From Squalus acanthias (lineage: Eukaryota): DNA of 64,000 bases. The translations under genes and the position numbers were made by a program. The stretch is from NCBI GenBank assembly GCA_030390025.1, contig CM059440.1, positions 15,810,001-15,874,000 of the forward strand, written 5' to 3'. Shown here piece by piece: positions 13,775 to 24,830 of this stretch. Below the pieces are notes generated by a model, which had not been told where the DNA came from, ran no database searches, and saw nothing but the letters and a program-made list of their open reading frames with translations. Each line of letters opens with the position of its first letter. Positions within the stretch are counted from its first letter, which is position 1.

Positions 13775-13852
13775 AATTGCACCATGACAGCATGGGACAA
13801 GCTCGATAGACCAGCTGGTCTTTCCCTGTCATTAATTTTCGTATGTTCGTAT
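13775..13852 (+). mobile_element. CR1 3' tail
   Basis: gacaagctcgatagaccagctggtcttt hairpin followed by an 8-bp (ttcgtatg)2 tail. Confidence 0.65.
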
Positions 13853-14007
13853 GATTGAATAGCCTGCTGATACTTGCTACCTAGATTCACCCATAAAGAA
13901 TGGCCACATGGATGAGGTACTAAAAGGCGATGGGTACTCATGGAACCCATACACCAGTGGAAGTCGACACCATCAGGAGAGGATGAGAGAGAAAATTGGC
14001 AAAAAAA
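13853..14007 (+). mobile_element. Family A SINE 3' half
   Basis: gaatagcctgctga...aagaatggccac...gaggtac...caggagagga...gaaaattgg plus A tail. Confidence 0.75.
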
Positions 14008-14271
14008 TAAAGCTTTCAATTTATCAAAGAGCCTCCTTCACAACTAATTTAAATTCATTGAGATTTAATCTGTCTCAGGATGCCAGACAATAGGGATTTC
14101 CCAGCCTGATAAAGATGGTAATGATCACTGTCCTTAAATGCACAAGATCTGTTGTTCTTTGTTTTCTACATGTAAACATTCCCTGTTTATTGCATTTGGT
14201 CAACTTGGACTAAAGATTTTACTACTATGTCTAGCACATGCAGACACTGAGGAATAGGTCCCTTCAATATA

Positions 14272-15007
14272 GTGGCTTTGAGTTTCCGCTTTGGGCGCAA
14301 TCAGTGATCGGGGTGCAAATTGCGCCCAAAATTGCGCTAGTTTTGAGAAGTGTTTTCCCCCGCTCAAACTCATTTGCATATCGCCGAATGTAAAATCTGC
14401 CAGGAACCAGCGCAATAGGCAGTGTTTAAGAATATAATTTTTTTTTTAATCTGCTTTAAAAAAAATTCCGTGATATATTTAAGAGTGGTAACTTGGTGCA
14501 GTTTGATTAATACAGCTGCAAATGGGTTTATCACAAAAATAAGCATTTTTAATCAGAGTGTCTAGCCAACGACCTGTGAGTAACTCGATTTTAAATAACT
14601 GAAAATGACTTAAAAAAAACTATACATAACCATTTGCTAGTTATATTGGTGTACAGTAATCAATTTCTTAGTAAATTAAAAAGAAATCTTCAAAAGCTTT
14701 TAAAACGTGCCAATTAGCATTCTTGCGCCTAAAATGCTTAATCTTAAGAACCTCAAAGGCCCGCAAACGGGCGCAATTAGTGGAAACTCACAATGGTGAT
14801 TAATTTGATCTGGGGGTGTACCCAGCCTTGTGGGCGGGGCCAGCTTCCAGCACAACGTTTTATAAACTAGCGCAAAAGATCATGTAAACGCCATTTGCGC
14901 TGGATGTAATTTGTGCTTGAAATTCCGCGATCTTTTGCGCTGGTCTACCTGATTTTGGGCAAATTGCGTTGAAAAAACAGCGCAACCCAGCGGAAACTGC
15001 AGCCCAC
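14272..15007. mobile_element. Non-autonomous DNA transposon with TIRs (Harbinger-like)
   Basis: GTGGCTTTGAGTTTCCGCT versus AGCGGAAACTGCAGCCCAC. Subterminal TTGCGC/GCGCAA repeats at both ends; AT-rich core. Confidence 0.7.
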
Positions 15008-15249
15008 TGTCTTCACACCTGTGCATTGTTGGTTTTGGACAATCCGTTTATGATCAGTGTTAAAAATGTGGCAAGTTGCACTTTTTCCTGTGTTGAATGA
15101 TAAATTTAAAACCACAGCAGAAAAATTGCAGACAATGCTTTTTTGGTAATTAGAACAGTGATTAATTTGGTAAAAATAGTTACTTTTGTTGAGATTTATT
15201 TATATTGTATTCACAACAGTACCAATCAAGAAACAAATCTGAGATGACC

Positions 15250-15300
15250 ATTGGGCCGAATGGCCTGTTTCTGTGCTGCAAATATTTGTAATTCTATGTT
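15250..15300 (+). mobile_element. CR1/HE1-type 3' tail
   Basis: tgggccgaatggcctgtttctgtgctg...aattctatg. Confidence 0.65.
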
Positions 15301-16327
15301 TTAAAAAAAAAAGTTTAGAAACTTCAAGATCACATTCAAGATACATAACTGTGAACATATATACCTATAGTTCAAATAAACTGCAGACGTCAGACCAAAT
15401 TTGTTAAGTTACATCCTGTTGTTTAACATTTTTCAGCTGCTGTGCAAGCTTTTTTTGTGTAATCCTTATTTAACAGTTTTGCAAATACAAGAAGATGTGG
15501 TGTTTATCTTACTGTGTCACATTTTAGCAGGTCTCTGTCCAGAGGGATAATATCTACAATAGGCCTGCACTTTGAATTCCTCAGTGAAAGTCAAGTGAAC
15601 TTCCTTTTTTATAAACAAATTGTTGTTTTTTTCTTTTAAAAGTGAACGATAGTATAATTTCTGTTGTATCATAGTTCGGCTCTTGAATAGAAGAGACACC
15701 AAGAACCAGATGCATCTTTTTGTCTCAATCCTAACGATGTTTTAGGATTAATGAAGCAAATTAGGCACCTGCCAATCAGTGCACACTACCGTGGCAGTAT
15801 CAACTTAATCTGCTTTGGAATGGTCTCTCACCAAGGGACTACAGCCATGCTTATAATTCTTGAGTCACCAATGCGGTGTTACAACAGTGAAGACAGGTTT
15901 AAAAAAAATAAAGGTAGAATATTATGTGGTGTAGCAGTAAATAACAGCGGACATCAGCCATTTACTTTACTTCTCGTGGGAGGATGTAATGGTTGAAAAA
16001 CACTGAAATATTCAGTGCCATGGGGTTTTGAAATCAGCATGTTTAAGATCAGTTCAAAAAGTGAAAGTTGTTGAACTATGATACAGCCTAGTTTAACAGG
16101 CTACTATTTTACTGAGGGCAAAAACAGGCATTCAAAAACACTACCATTCTAATAATTTAAAACTTGGCATTTGTCTTGTAATTAATGGAGCTAATCATGA
16201 GATGTTGTCAGAAAAGTTCAGAACTTTTGGTCAGAATACAAATTCACAGGAATACAAATCTAAACAAGAAGTTCATCAGGACTAATAACAAGTTCAGTGC
16301 AAATTATGAGTCAGTTGAATCATTCAA

Positions 16328-16503
16328 CCAACATCACCAAAACAGATTAACTGGTTAGTTATATAATTGTGGGATCTTGCTGTGTGCAATTTGCCTGCCA
16401 CATCTGCTTAAAGAACAACAATGACTACACTGCAAAAATAATTAATTAGCTGTAAAGCACTTTGGGATATCTTGAGGTTGTGAAAAGAGCTATATAAATG
16501 CAA
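16328..16503 (+). mobile_element. SacSINE1-like (DeuSINE) 3' part with L2-type tail
   Basis: gtgggatcttgctgtgtgcaa...ctgtaaagcactttgggat...gtgaaaagagctatataaatgca. Confidence 0.75.
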
Positions 16504-16720
16504 TAGTTTTTCTGAGAAAGTTGGATGTGATACTTGCTAAAATTACCAGCAGGAATAATTTCATCCACAAGGTCACTAAAAGATTATTAGTTTGTTAAGA
16601 ACTGCAGCTTTAAATACAATCAGCAAATGTATGGCTCCTCTTATTAACAAAAATTATGAAATGAGGTAAATTTGATGCTTATTAGAGTGTGGAATGGTAG
16701 TGCCAAAGAAGGGAACAATA

Positions 16721-17080
16721 TTTATTTTTTGCAGTGTCAGGATGCAGAATTCCTGGGTCAAATGCAGCATAAGTCATATGCCGAGCAAACCTCCTTGTTC
16801 ACTGTGCCTTGACCACATCTTGAGAAGAATGCCCTACTACTCTATGTAACATTACCAGATCCTATACCAGCAATTCCTGTGGCTTCTCTAAATGGGATTG
16901 CCAGTTGTGAACAGTTTTGTGCTATGGATTCATGTCTGGTAGGAACTTTGTTGACGCTGTTTCTTTCAGCTGATTTCATTTAGGGCCTTTATAGCAGGCA
17001 AGAGGAAACTTGTCTCATTTGTTTTGGCTGGATTCAAACCTGGATCCTAGAGTTGCTAGGGCAGCATTCTTACCTCCTCA
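16721..17080 (-). mobile_element. LF-SINE-like tRNA-derived SINE
   Basis: Minus strand shows ordered blocks ctctagg..ggtttgaatccagcc (B box), ggccc..tgaaatcagctg, agttccta..gaca..tcca..cacaaaac, tcacaactggca and ggtcaaggcaca, then an A tail. Order matches my recollection of the LF-SINE consensus. Confidence 0.6.
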
Positions 17081-17705
17081 CTTATTTTTTCAGTTACTAA
17101 CTGTGTATTTCACTGTGTTTGCGAAGACAGCAAAAGAGCATGCTATAAATTTCAGAATTAAGTTATAAGCGAGAACTGTGTTGCTTTGCCATGTGGCGAT
17201 ACTGGGTAGACAAAATACTATAGTTTACTTTAAAAATTAATTCTTGTGCTCCTACTTCAAGTTTTGTGTCAGATGGCTCTGAAATCAACAGGAATTTATA
17301 ATATTTTCAGAAGTTTATGTCACTAAGTTTGATAAAATAACTCATTTTATAGGACTGGTTCTCATTAGACAATTTCAGTTGTAACTTCACAGTAAAGCAG
17401 CTGTGTAATTTGATTAAGCTTACATACAGACAGACAGCATTTTCAACATACATTGAGAAAGGTAATTTTGTCAATGGCAGGGATGGATATTGAGAATGCA
17501 ATCACCTGCAATTCCTGGTAATAACCATGATTACTGAAGGTGTCTCAGAATGTTTTGATCGTTTTAATTGTAGATACTTTCAGTTTATTAAATATGCAAA
17601 CGTTGAAAGCAATGCAATAATATTTAAACCATAGCACAGACATTTTAAAATAACTTTGTTTTGTACCTTGTTCCATTTCCTACTTTCCCCTCTTGTGTGT
17701 TCTCC

Positions 17706-17768
17706 TAGAATCATAGAATGGTTACAGCACAGAAGGAGGCCATTCAGCCCATCGAGCCCGTGCCGGCA
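17706..17768 (-). mobile_element. CR1 3' tail
   Basis: tagaatcatagaatggttacagcacagaaggaggccattcagcccatcgag is the antisense CR1 terminus. Confidence 0.75.
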
Positions 17769-17830
17769 ATATTCCTCCTTAAATATCTTTTTCTTTCTTG
17801 TTTGTAATTTTCAAAGAGAGAAAGTTTTTG

Positions 17831-19155
17831 TACATGGCCTTCTTTGATCTCACAAAGGCCTTCGACACTGTCAACCATGAGGGATTATGGAGAGTCCTCC
17901 TCAAATTTGGCTGACCTCAAAAGTTTGTCACCATCCTCCGCCAGCTTCACGATGACATGCAAGCCGTGATCCTGACCAACGGTTCCACCACAGACCCAAT
18001 TCACGTACGAACCGGGGTCAAGCAAGGCTGTGTCATCGCACCAACGCTCTTCTCGATCTTCCTTGCTGCAATGCTCCATCTCACCCTCAGTAAGCTGCCC
18101 GCTGGAGTGGAGCTAATTTACAGAACAAACGGAAACTGTTCAACCTCCGTCGCCTCCAGAACAGATCCAAGGTCGTCCCATCCTCTGTCGTCGAATTACA
18201 GTGTGCAGACGACGCTTGCGTCTGCGCTCACTTGGAGGTCAAACTCCAAACCATCGTCAACACCTTCACCGAAGCATACGAGAGCATGGGCCTTAGACTA
18301 AACATCCGTAAGACATAGGTCCTCTACCAACCTGCCCCCGCCACACAGTACTGCCCCCCGATTATCAAAATCCATGACAAGGCCTTGGACAACGTGGACC
18401 ACTTTCCATACCTCGGGAGCCTACTGTCAACAAGGGCAGATGTCGACGACGAAGTCCAACACCGCCTTCAGTGTGCCAGTGCAGCCTTCGGTCGCCTGAG
18501 GAAGAGAGTGTTTGAAGACCAGGACCTCAAACCCGGCACTAAGCTCATGATCTACAGAGCAGCAGTGATACCCGCCCTGCTGTATGCCTCAGAGACATGG
18601 ACCATGTACAGCAGGCACCTCAAAGCACTGGAGAGGTACCACCAACGCTGCCTCCGCAAGATCCTGCAAATCCATTCGCAGGATAGGCGCACCAACATCA
18701 GTGATCTTGCTCAGGCCAGCATCCCCAGCATCGAAGCTTTGACCACGCTCGATCAGCTCCGATGGACAGGTCACATTGTCCGCATGCCCGATACGAGACT
18801 CCCAAAACAAGCGCTCTACTCGGAGCTCCGGCACGGCAAGAGAGTCCCAGGTGGGCAGAGGAAACGCTTCAAGGACACCCTCAAAGCCTCCTTGAAAAAG
18901 TGTAACATCCCCACCGACACCTGGGAATCCCTGGCCCAAGACCGCACAAAGTGGAGGAGAAGCATCAGGGAAGGTGCCGAACACCTCGAGTCTCTTCGCC
19001 GGGAGCAAGCGGAAGCCAAGCGCAGGCAGTGCAAGGAGCGCACGTCAACCCAAGCACCCCACCCACCTGCCCCTTCAACCACCGTCTGCCCCACCTGTGA
19101 CCGAGACTGTAGGTCCCGCATTGGACTCATCAGTCACCTGCGAACTCATTTTTAA
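17831..19155 (+). pseudogene. Disrupted RTE reverse transcriptase ORF
   Basis: In-frame TGA 17912-17914, frameshift near 18130, YADD>CADD at 18202-18213 and TAG 18316-18318. Open from there to TAA at 19155. Confidence 0.9.
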
Positions 19156-19205
19156 TGTGGAAGCAAGTCATCCTCGGTTCCGAGGAACTGCCTAAGAAGA
19201 AGAAA
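17831..19205 (+). mobile_element. 5'-truncated RTE-clade LINE
   Basis: RT motifs FFDLTKAFDTV, GVKQGCVIAPTLFSIF, (Y>C)ADD and HFPYLGS. RTE-type LRWTGHIVRMPDTRLPKQ, C-terminal C2H2 finger, short 3' UTR ending (AAG)n. Confidence 0.95.
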
Positions 19206-19439
19206 CCCCCCCCCCCCCACCCCCTTCATTCTGTTTTCTGTTGGTCCTTTTCAATGCCATTGTAATGCAGTTTCTCCTCTTAGGTGATTTCCCTGGACCA
19301 GAAAGGCTGAATTTTCTGACTCAGTTCCATGGTTGGAATCAGTTACATTGCTGGTTCACCTGCTAGTAAGTTACATGATGCAAAAAGGTTTCTCCGCCCC
19401 CCCCACCCCCCCCAAACCCCAAACCCCAAATCCCAAATC

Positions 19440-19600
19440 TTGTTTTCCAATTTCTCCCTCCTTTCCTGGAGGTGCTAATTGACACTGGGATAGTTTCACA
19501 GGTGCTTGAAGCTGTTTGGTACCTTGTCCAAATGCCCATTCCTCATGTGTGAGCCTAGAAAGAGAGTGCATGTGAGGGGCATCATAAGCTTTATAGTGCA
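19440..19600 (-). mobile_element. Family A SINE 3' part
   Basis: ccaatttctccctcc...ggtaccttgtccaaatgcccattcctcatgtgtgagcctaga. Confidence 0.7.
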
Positions 19601-21644
19601 GCCTGACTTTTGGCCAAACAACTTAACTGTGCTCTCATATTTACTTGTGGATAGTGCACCCGCGTTAGGGCTGTCCTCTGGCTGTTCGGTGCCTGATGAT
19701 CCTTCATGATTTCTAATGTTGCTTTGTGGATTTCAATCCACAAAACGAGACGATCTGCTTCAATTAACGTCTGTAAGATCTCCTGATTTAAGACATTTAC
19801 TATATGTGCATCAATTCCCTTTTAAGATGAACTTTGGCTTGACAACAGAAATGGTGTGGACATTATTAGGATTGCATTGTTCTTAGCCCTATACGTCAAT
19901 CTCTTTCTAAAACTCAAACTTATTACCGTTGAGTTAATGCGGTTCTAATCAGGAGCTATAAATTTATAGCTTTTTTAGATAGATCAAAGTAGAACAGTGT
20001 CCATGTACTTGCCTTTCCTGATGTTTTCTGCCAGTATAATATGCCTTATTACATCCATAAATTAAATATTCAGAATAAAAGCACACCCGCTCCTGAGTGT
20101 TCTAATCCAGGTTCCAGATTACTGGTCTTATTTGCTCCATTATAAGTAAATATTGATTCAGCTTTAAAACCTATTGCTTATTAGACATTTATCTTAACTC
20201 ATTTGTACACATAAGTAAACGGGTTGGAATATTCTCTCCTAGAATTCAAGCCCTCACTTATAGTGATGTGGTTGAGTAAACACCTAACATTCATGTCACG
20301 TGACTTGTGAAAGATAACTATTCAAGTGTGACAAATCATGCTACATGACGCGAAGATTTTAAGTATACAGTTTTACAAATGTAAAAACAATTACATTAAA
20401 GTGTTAAAATGCACAGAATTGCACAGGCATTTATGAAACCAATATGTTTTGTTTTCCTGTCTGAGGTTTTATTAGCAACAGGATGTGGGCAGTTGAAGGC
20501 CACATGGGGGTCAGAGGAACAAGATTATTACATTGGGTGCATGAGAGGAACCTATTGGTACTGTTTTGATTAGCCCAGGAATGCAATCAGGATTACGCCC
20601 TGTTCAAGAAAAACAGTGGGTAGTTTCTCATAAAATGCAGAAAGATGTGGACACTAGTATTTTTATGTAGCTAGACACTTCCAGATTTGAACTAGTATGC
20701 AATTTACAATTTGAATACCAGGTTGTAATCTGAATTTTGGAATTATTGATAGCTATTCAATACATGATAGTTATGAAATGATAAGGGTATGGTTTTCATT
20801 AAGTATATACGCTTGGGATCAATTTAACAAAACATTTTTAAAATACAAAGCATTTTAATAAATTAGATGACCAATGAAGTCAGGAATCTTCTCCACGTTT
20901 TATTAAGAACTGCATGAGAAAACATTAACCTTTGTGAAGCTAGCTAGGATGGGCATCATGCAGTGTGGTTAAAAGTAATGGGAAAATGTTTTTAATGATG
21001 ATCTACTGTAGAGGACCTTTTTAGAATTGCACTGCTTGCCAGCTTCCTTATTGATGAAGTGTGGTGCTCCTAACATGTCGGGAATCTCTGACAGTTTTAT
21101 TTCTTTATAGCCTTTCATGCTTGTCTATTTGAATTATTCTGTTTTTGTGGTTAGCGCTATATTGTGCAGTCAGATGTGTTTTTCTTAAGTTCCTTAAAAA
21201 ATATCTGTTGGCTTATTTGAGGTAGAGTTCAAAACTTAAAATTCAAATCTACTATGCTTTATAACATGTTAATTTGGCGTGCAGTACTTTAAAGACAAAG
21301 ATTAAACAAAATAGTACTGGAATCTAATGGTTACCTAGTACTCCAAAAAAACTCAGTATTTTACGTGCAACTTATAACCAGTTTGTACAGCCAAGATTGG
21401 ATGGGATTGAACCCAGTATGAACATCACCCCAGAACAAAGGTGGCACTGTGAACCTCCTGAACTGGAATCAGAAGTCATGCCTTTGGCTATAGGTTTCAT
21501 ATTAGTATAATAGCAGTATTGTACAACGTGCATGGTTGGAGGCAAAAAAATTTCCATCCACACTTGTGATGCTTTAAATTTACTTATATTTTAAACATGT
21601 GGTATAAGTAGAATATAACTTGGTGTGGTATGGTAAATATATCC

Positions 21645-22070
21645 GCTCAGCTTCTCCGTTGGCTCAGTTGGAAAATCTACTGCTTGCTGTGGTACTGGAA
21701 AACGCAGAGTAGGAAAATCCCGACTTGATTTGTGCTGAGTTAGCTTATTTCAGCCAGGGTAGCAGTACAGACACTGTAGTTGGGCTCATCACTGCTGGGG
21801 CAGGAAGAGAGGAAAAATAAGGCAGGCTACTGTTCTGGATCAGTATCTCGTGACTAGCTGGATAGTTAACATGTATGGGCATTGAGTGAGGACAAGATTG
21901 GGCTCAGGTATGGTATTCCCTTCCCCCCCCCCCCCTTTGCTGAATAGCTTGCCGACACACATTCTTTAAGCTCACACACGAAGATTGGTTCACTTGGACG
22001 AGGCACCAAAGGGCTACTGGAACAGTATCCCAGCTTAAGTGCATGCCTGCAAGAGGGAAGGGGAAAATGG
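21645..22070 (+). mobile_element. Family A SINE, full length
   Basis: tRNA-like head tggctcagttgg (A box), then tgtgctgagttagct, gtgaggacaagattgggctc, gaatagcttgccgacac and ggaaggggaaaatgg. Confidence 0.8.
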
Positions 22071-24059
22071 GGGCCATATGCAAGTATGCTGTAGAAGCAA
22101 TTTGTTAAAGAAAGAAGGATACCATTGCCACAAATAACTTTTAAAGTTTTGGCAGTGAGATCTGTGGTTCCTTAGTCTGCCAAACCACTATTCAAACTTA
22201 ATGCTGCAATATTCAAAAGGGGACAGTATCCCTTTTGTTAGTTGAAGCTAGATTTTAAAAATCCTCTAAAGATTCAAATCAACATAGTTTTCTCTTGTAT
22301 TAAAGTTAAGGTTTGTTAAATAAACAGTCAACAGACTTTAAACTTCAGTTTGAATTTTGGTTGGAAAATGGCACAACAGATGTATTTTATGGTCAAACTG
22401 TTTAAAAATCTTTTTATTTTTAAATCACAATTGAGTTTTATTGGAACATTACTGTGTCGAACGACAATGGTCATTTTAAAACTGGTTAATCTTTTCCCTG
22501 GTTAGTAATATGCCTAGTAAGATAGTAGAATATGGCCTGAAAATATCTGTCCAAAACTAGTCAGTATTGGGTTTTTATATTGTACTAACAAGTTTAGTCA
22601 AGTTTTACACCATATTGTAAGGTGACAAGTTAAATGTTTTATGATGTAAACATAATCTGGGAGGCAAATATCTGTACAGTAAATTGACTTCTTTCAATAT
22701 TTTAGCATTAAAAACATAAAATCCATACTGTTTTTTTGATGACATATTACACTAACTCCTGGTAAGTGCTATTTGATGAAAAATTGCTCTTGCCATCTAG
22801 GTCTTAGTGAATGTGATACTTTTGGATTTCTGTGCTGAGTTTAAGATATGGTATGTGTTTATGTAGACTATAGTTTCAATGGATTGTAAAGCTGAGCCAT
22901 ATATATAGCACTCTCAAAGTAAGCCATGGACAATTGCAAAGTACAGAAGTTATGTGGTACGTTTTCAATAGATTTTCAATAAAGGGCAAGAATTTTTAAG
23001 AGACTGAAATCCTTAAGATGAAAGCAACATATATTTTTATGTTCAAATTGTGTAAAGCAATGCTGCTACTTTTCTATCTTTAAATATTGTGAGAAGTTTT
23101 TCAGTGATGCTCATAAGGTCTTCAAACCCATTTCTGTATCAGCTGCTACTAAATACATTTAACTTGTTAAGAATTTGTTCCAATATTACTGATGCTGAAT
23201 AGGAAAATGCACACTAAACCGAACAAACTGCAAAGTGAGCAATGTTTTATGATTCTGCTCAGAGCAATAAGTTGATATTGAACACCAACAGTTGATTTTC
23301 TTTGAAGAATCCATTCACAAAAAAAGTGTTGCATTAAGGAACCTACCTTTAATGGACTCATTTACAAGTCTAATTGATGGCATTGGGTGTAAGTATTGCA
23401 ATGCTACATTGGACTAGATTAAATTTCTTGATGTTTTCCATCTCAATCTTGCGGCCAGTTAACAAATGCTTGCTCAAGTTTCGCCATCAACAAAGTACAT
23501 TGTTGGGGCATGTGCTAGCGTGCACACACCGTATTACTCTGTACATTTATCTCGTTGATACCAGTACCTCTTAATCCCAAATCTCATCAGATTATTTTGA
23601 GATGATGTTGGCTGCAAAAAAGTCTGTTGCAGATTGACCGACTGAACTAAGGGAGGCATATCTTTTTAAAAGACCTAGTTGAAACTTGTCTTGCATTACG
23701 ACAAAGTGATGATTAGTCAGGAAGCTCAGCATACTTTAGGTATTGCCCATAGTGCTATACATTTACATTTTAAAATTTAAAAGTACAGGTATATACAGTT
23801 GGAAACACAAATATTATATTTTTTTCAGGTAAAGGTGGGGTTGGTTGGAATTCATCATTATTACAAAAAAAAATCAATAAGACTTGTATACTTAATAATT
23901 CTTCTTCTGATTTTATATGGGATTTTAAAAAGTTTTTTAAAATTCCAGCCCCCCAACCACCGATGGGCAATGTGCCTGCTTTCCGTGCCCCCAACCACCA
24001 GAATGTCAATCCGTATACTTTTATCTAATTTCTGCTTGTCCCAATAAATGCATTTATAT

Positions 24060-24320
24060 AACAATAACAACTTGCATTTATATAGCGTAGAAAAATGTCT
24101 TCAGGCTCTTCAGAGGCAAAAGGAAAACCTATAAAGCGAGCCCAAGGAGATATTAGGAGTGGTAATGAAAAACTTGGTCAAAGAGGTGAGTTTTAAGGAG
24201 GGTGAAGGGGTTTAGAGAGGGAATTCTAAAGCATTGGGCCTAGGTGAGCATTGGGCCTAGGTGCCTAAAGGTATGGCCACCAGTGGTGGGGCAAAGAGAG
24301 GGAGAAATAGATGAGAGGAA
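24060..24320 (-). mobile_element. L2 LINE 3' end
   Basis: aacaacttgcatttatatagcg tail; cttggtcaaagaggtgagttttaaggag and gagggaattc. Internal direct duplication of gcattgggcctaggtg. Confidence 0.7.
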
Positions 24321-24409
24321 AACGTGGGCATAAAAATTAATGCCCATATTGAGTGTTTCATAAAACAATCAGTGTGAGATTTTTGTTAATTTTGTATAGG
24401 TCTGCAAAA

Positions 24410-24830
24410 AAGCTATTGTTGGCTCACCGATTGCTAAATGGTAATACACCAAGTACTTTGGTACAGAGCCATCTAGACCAGGTTATCCTAGGTTTGATCC
24501 TTGTTGGTTCAGAGTTACCTAATCTCAGTTGATGCAGTCAGGTGGGGTAGAGGGAGTGCACTGCTGTTGGCCTCCGTGTCTACAGACATATTGGTTAGGT
24601 TCCCGCTCCTTATGACTATCCAGCAACCCCAGTTTCAAATGTTGGATGAAGGCAGGATTTGGCTTGGTTGTAATGCGCCTTACTTTCAAATAGCTCACCG
24701 ATGGTCACTTTTTGGAAACACACTAGAAAAATTGTCACTTGGGCAAGGTACTAGAGGGTTGACATAAATCATGAAACTGTATCGCAGCCCCAGTCAGCAC
24801 CTTCAGGACAAAAAGGGCAAAAACTGGAGA
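24410..24830 (+). mobile_element. Family A SINE, full length, degraded
   Basis: ggtacagagccatctagaccagg..ggtttgatcc, ggttcccgctcct..ctatccag, cacttgggcaaggtac and agtcagcaccttcagga. Confidence 0.75.

Noticed and set aside
18589-19130. Antisense ORFs of 139 and 104 aa
   Set aside because: Shadow ORFs of the GC-rich RTE coding strand.
18385-19155. 256-aa ORF as a cellular or domesticated gene
   Set aside because: It starts at TTG and is the C-terminal part of a truncated RTE ORF with upstream stops and a frameshift.
21645-21740. tRNA gene (also the heads near 52300 and 17050)
   Set aside because: These are SINE heads without a cloverleaf and continue into SINE bodies.
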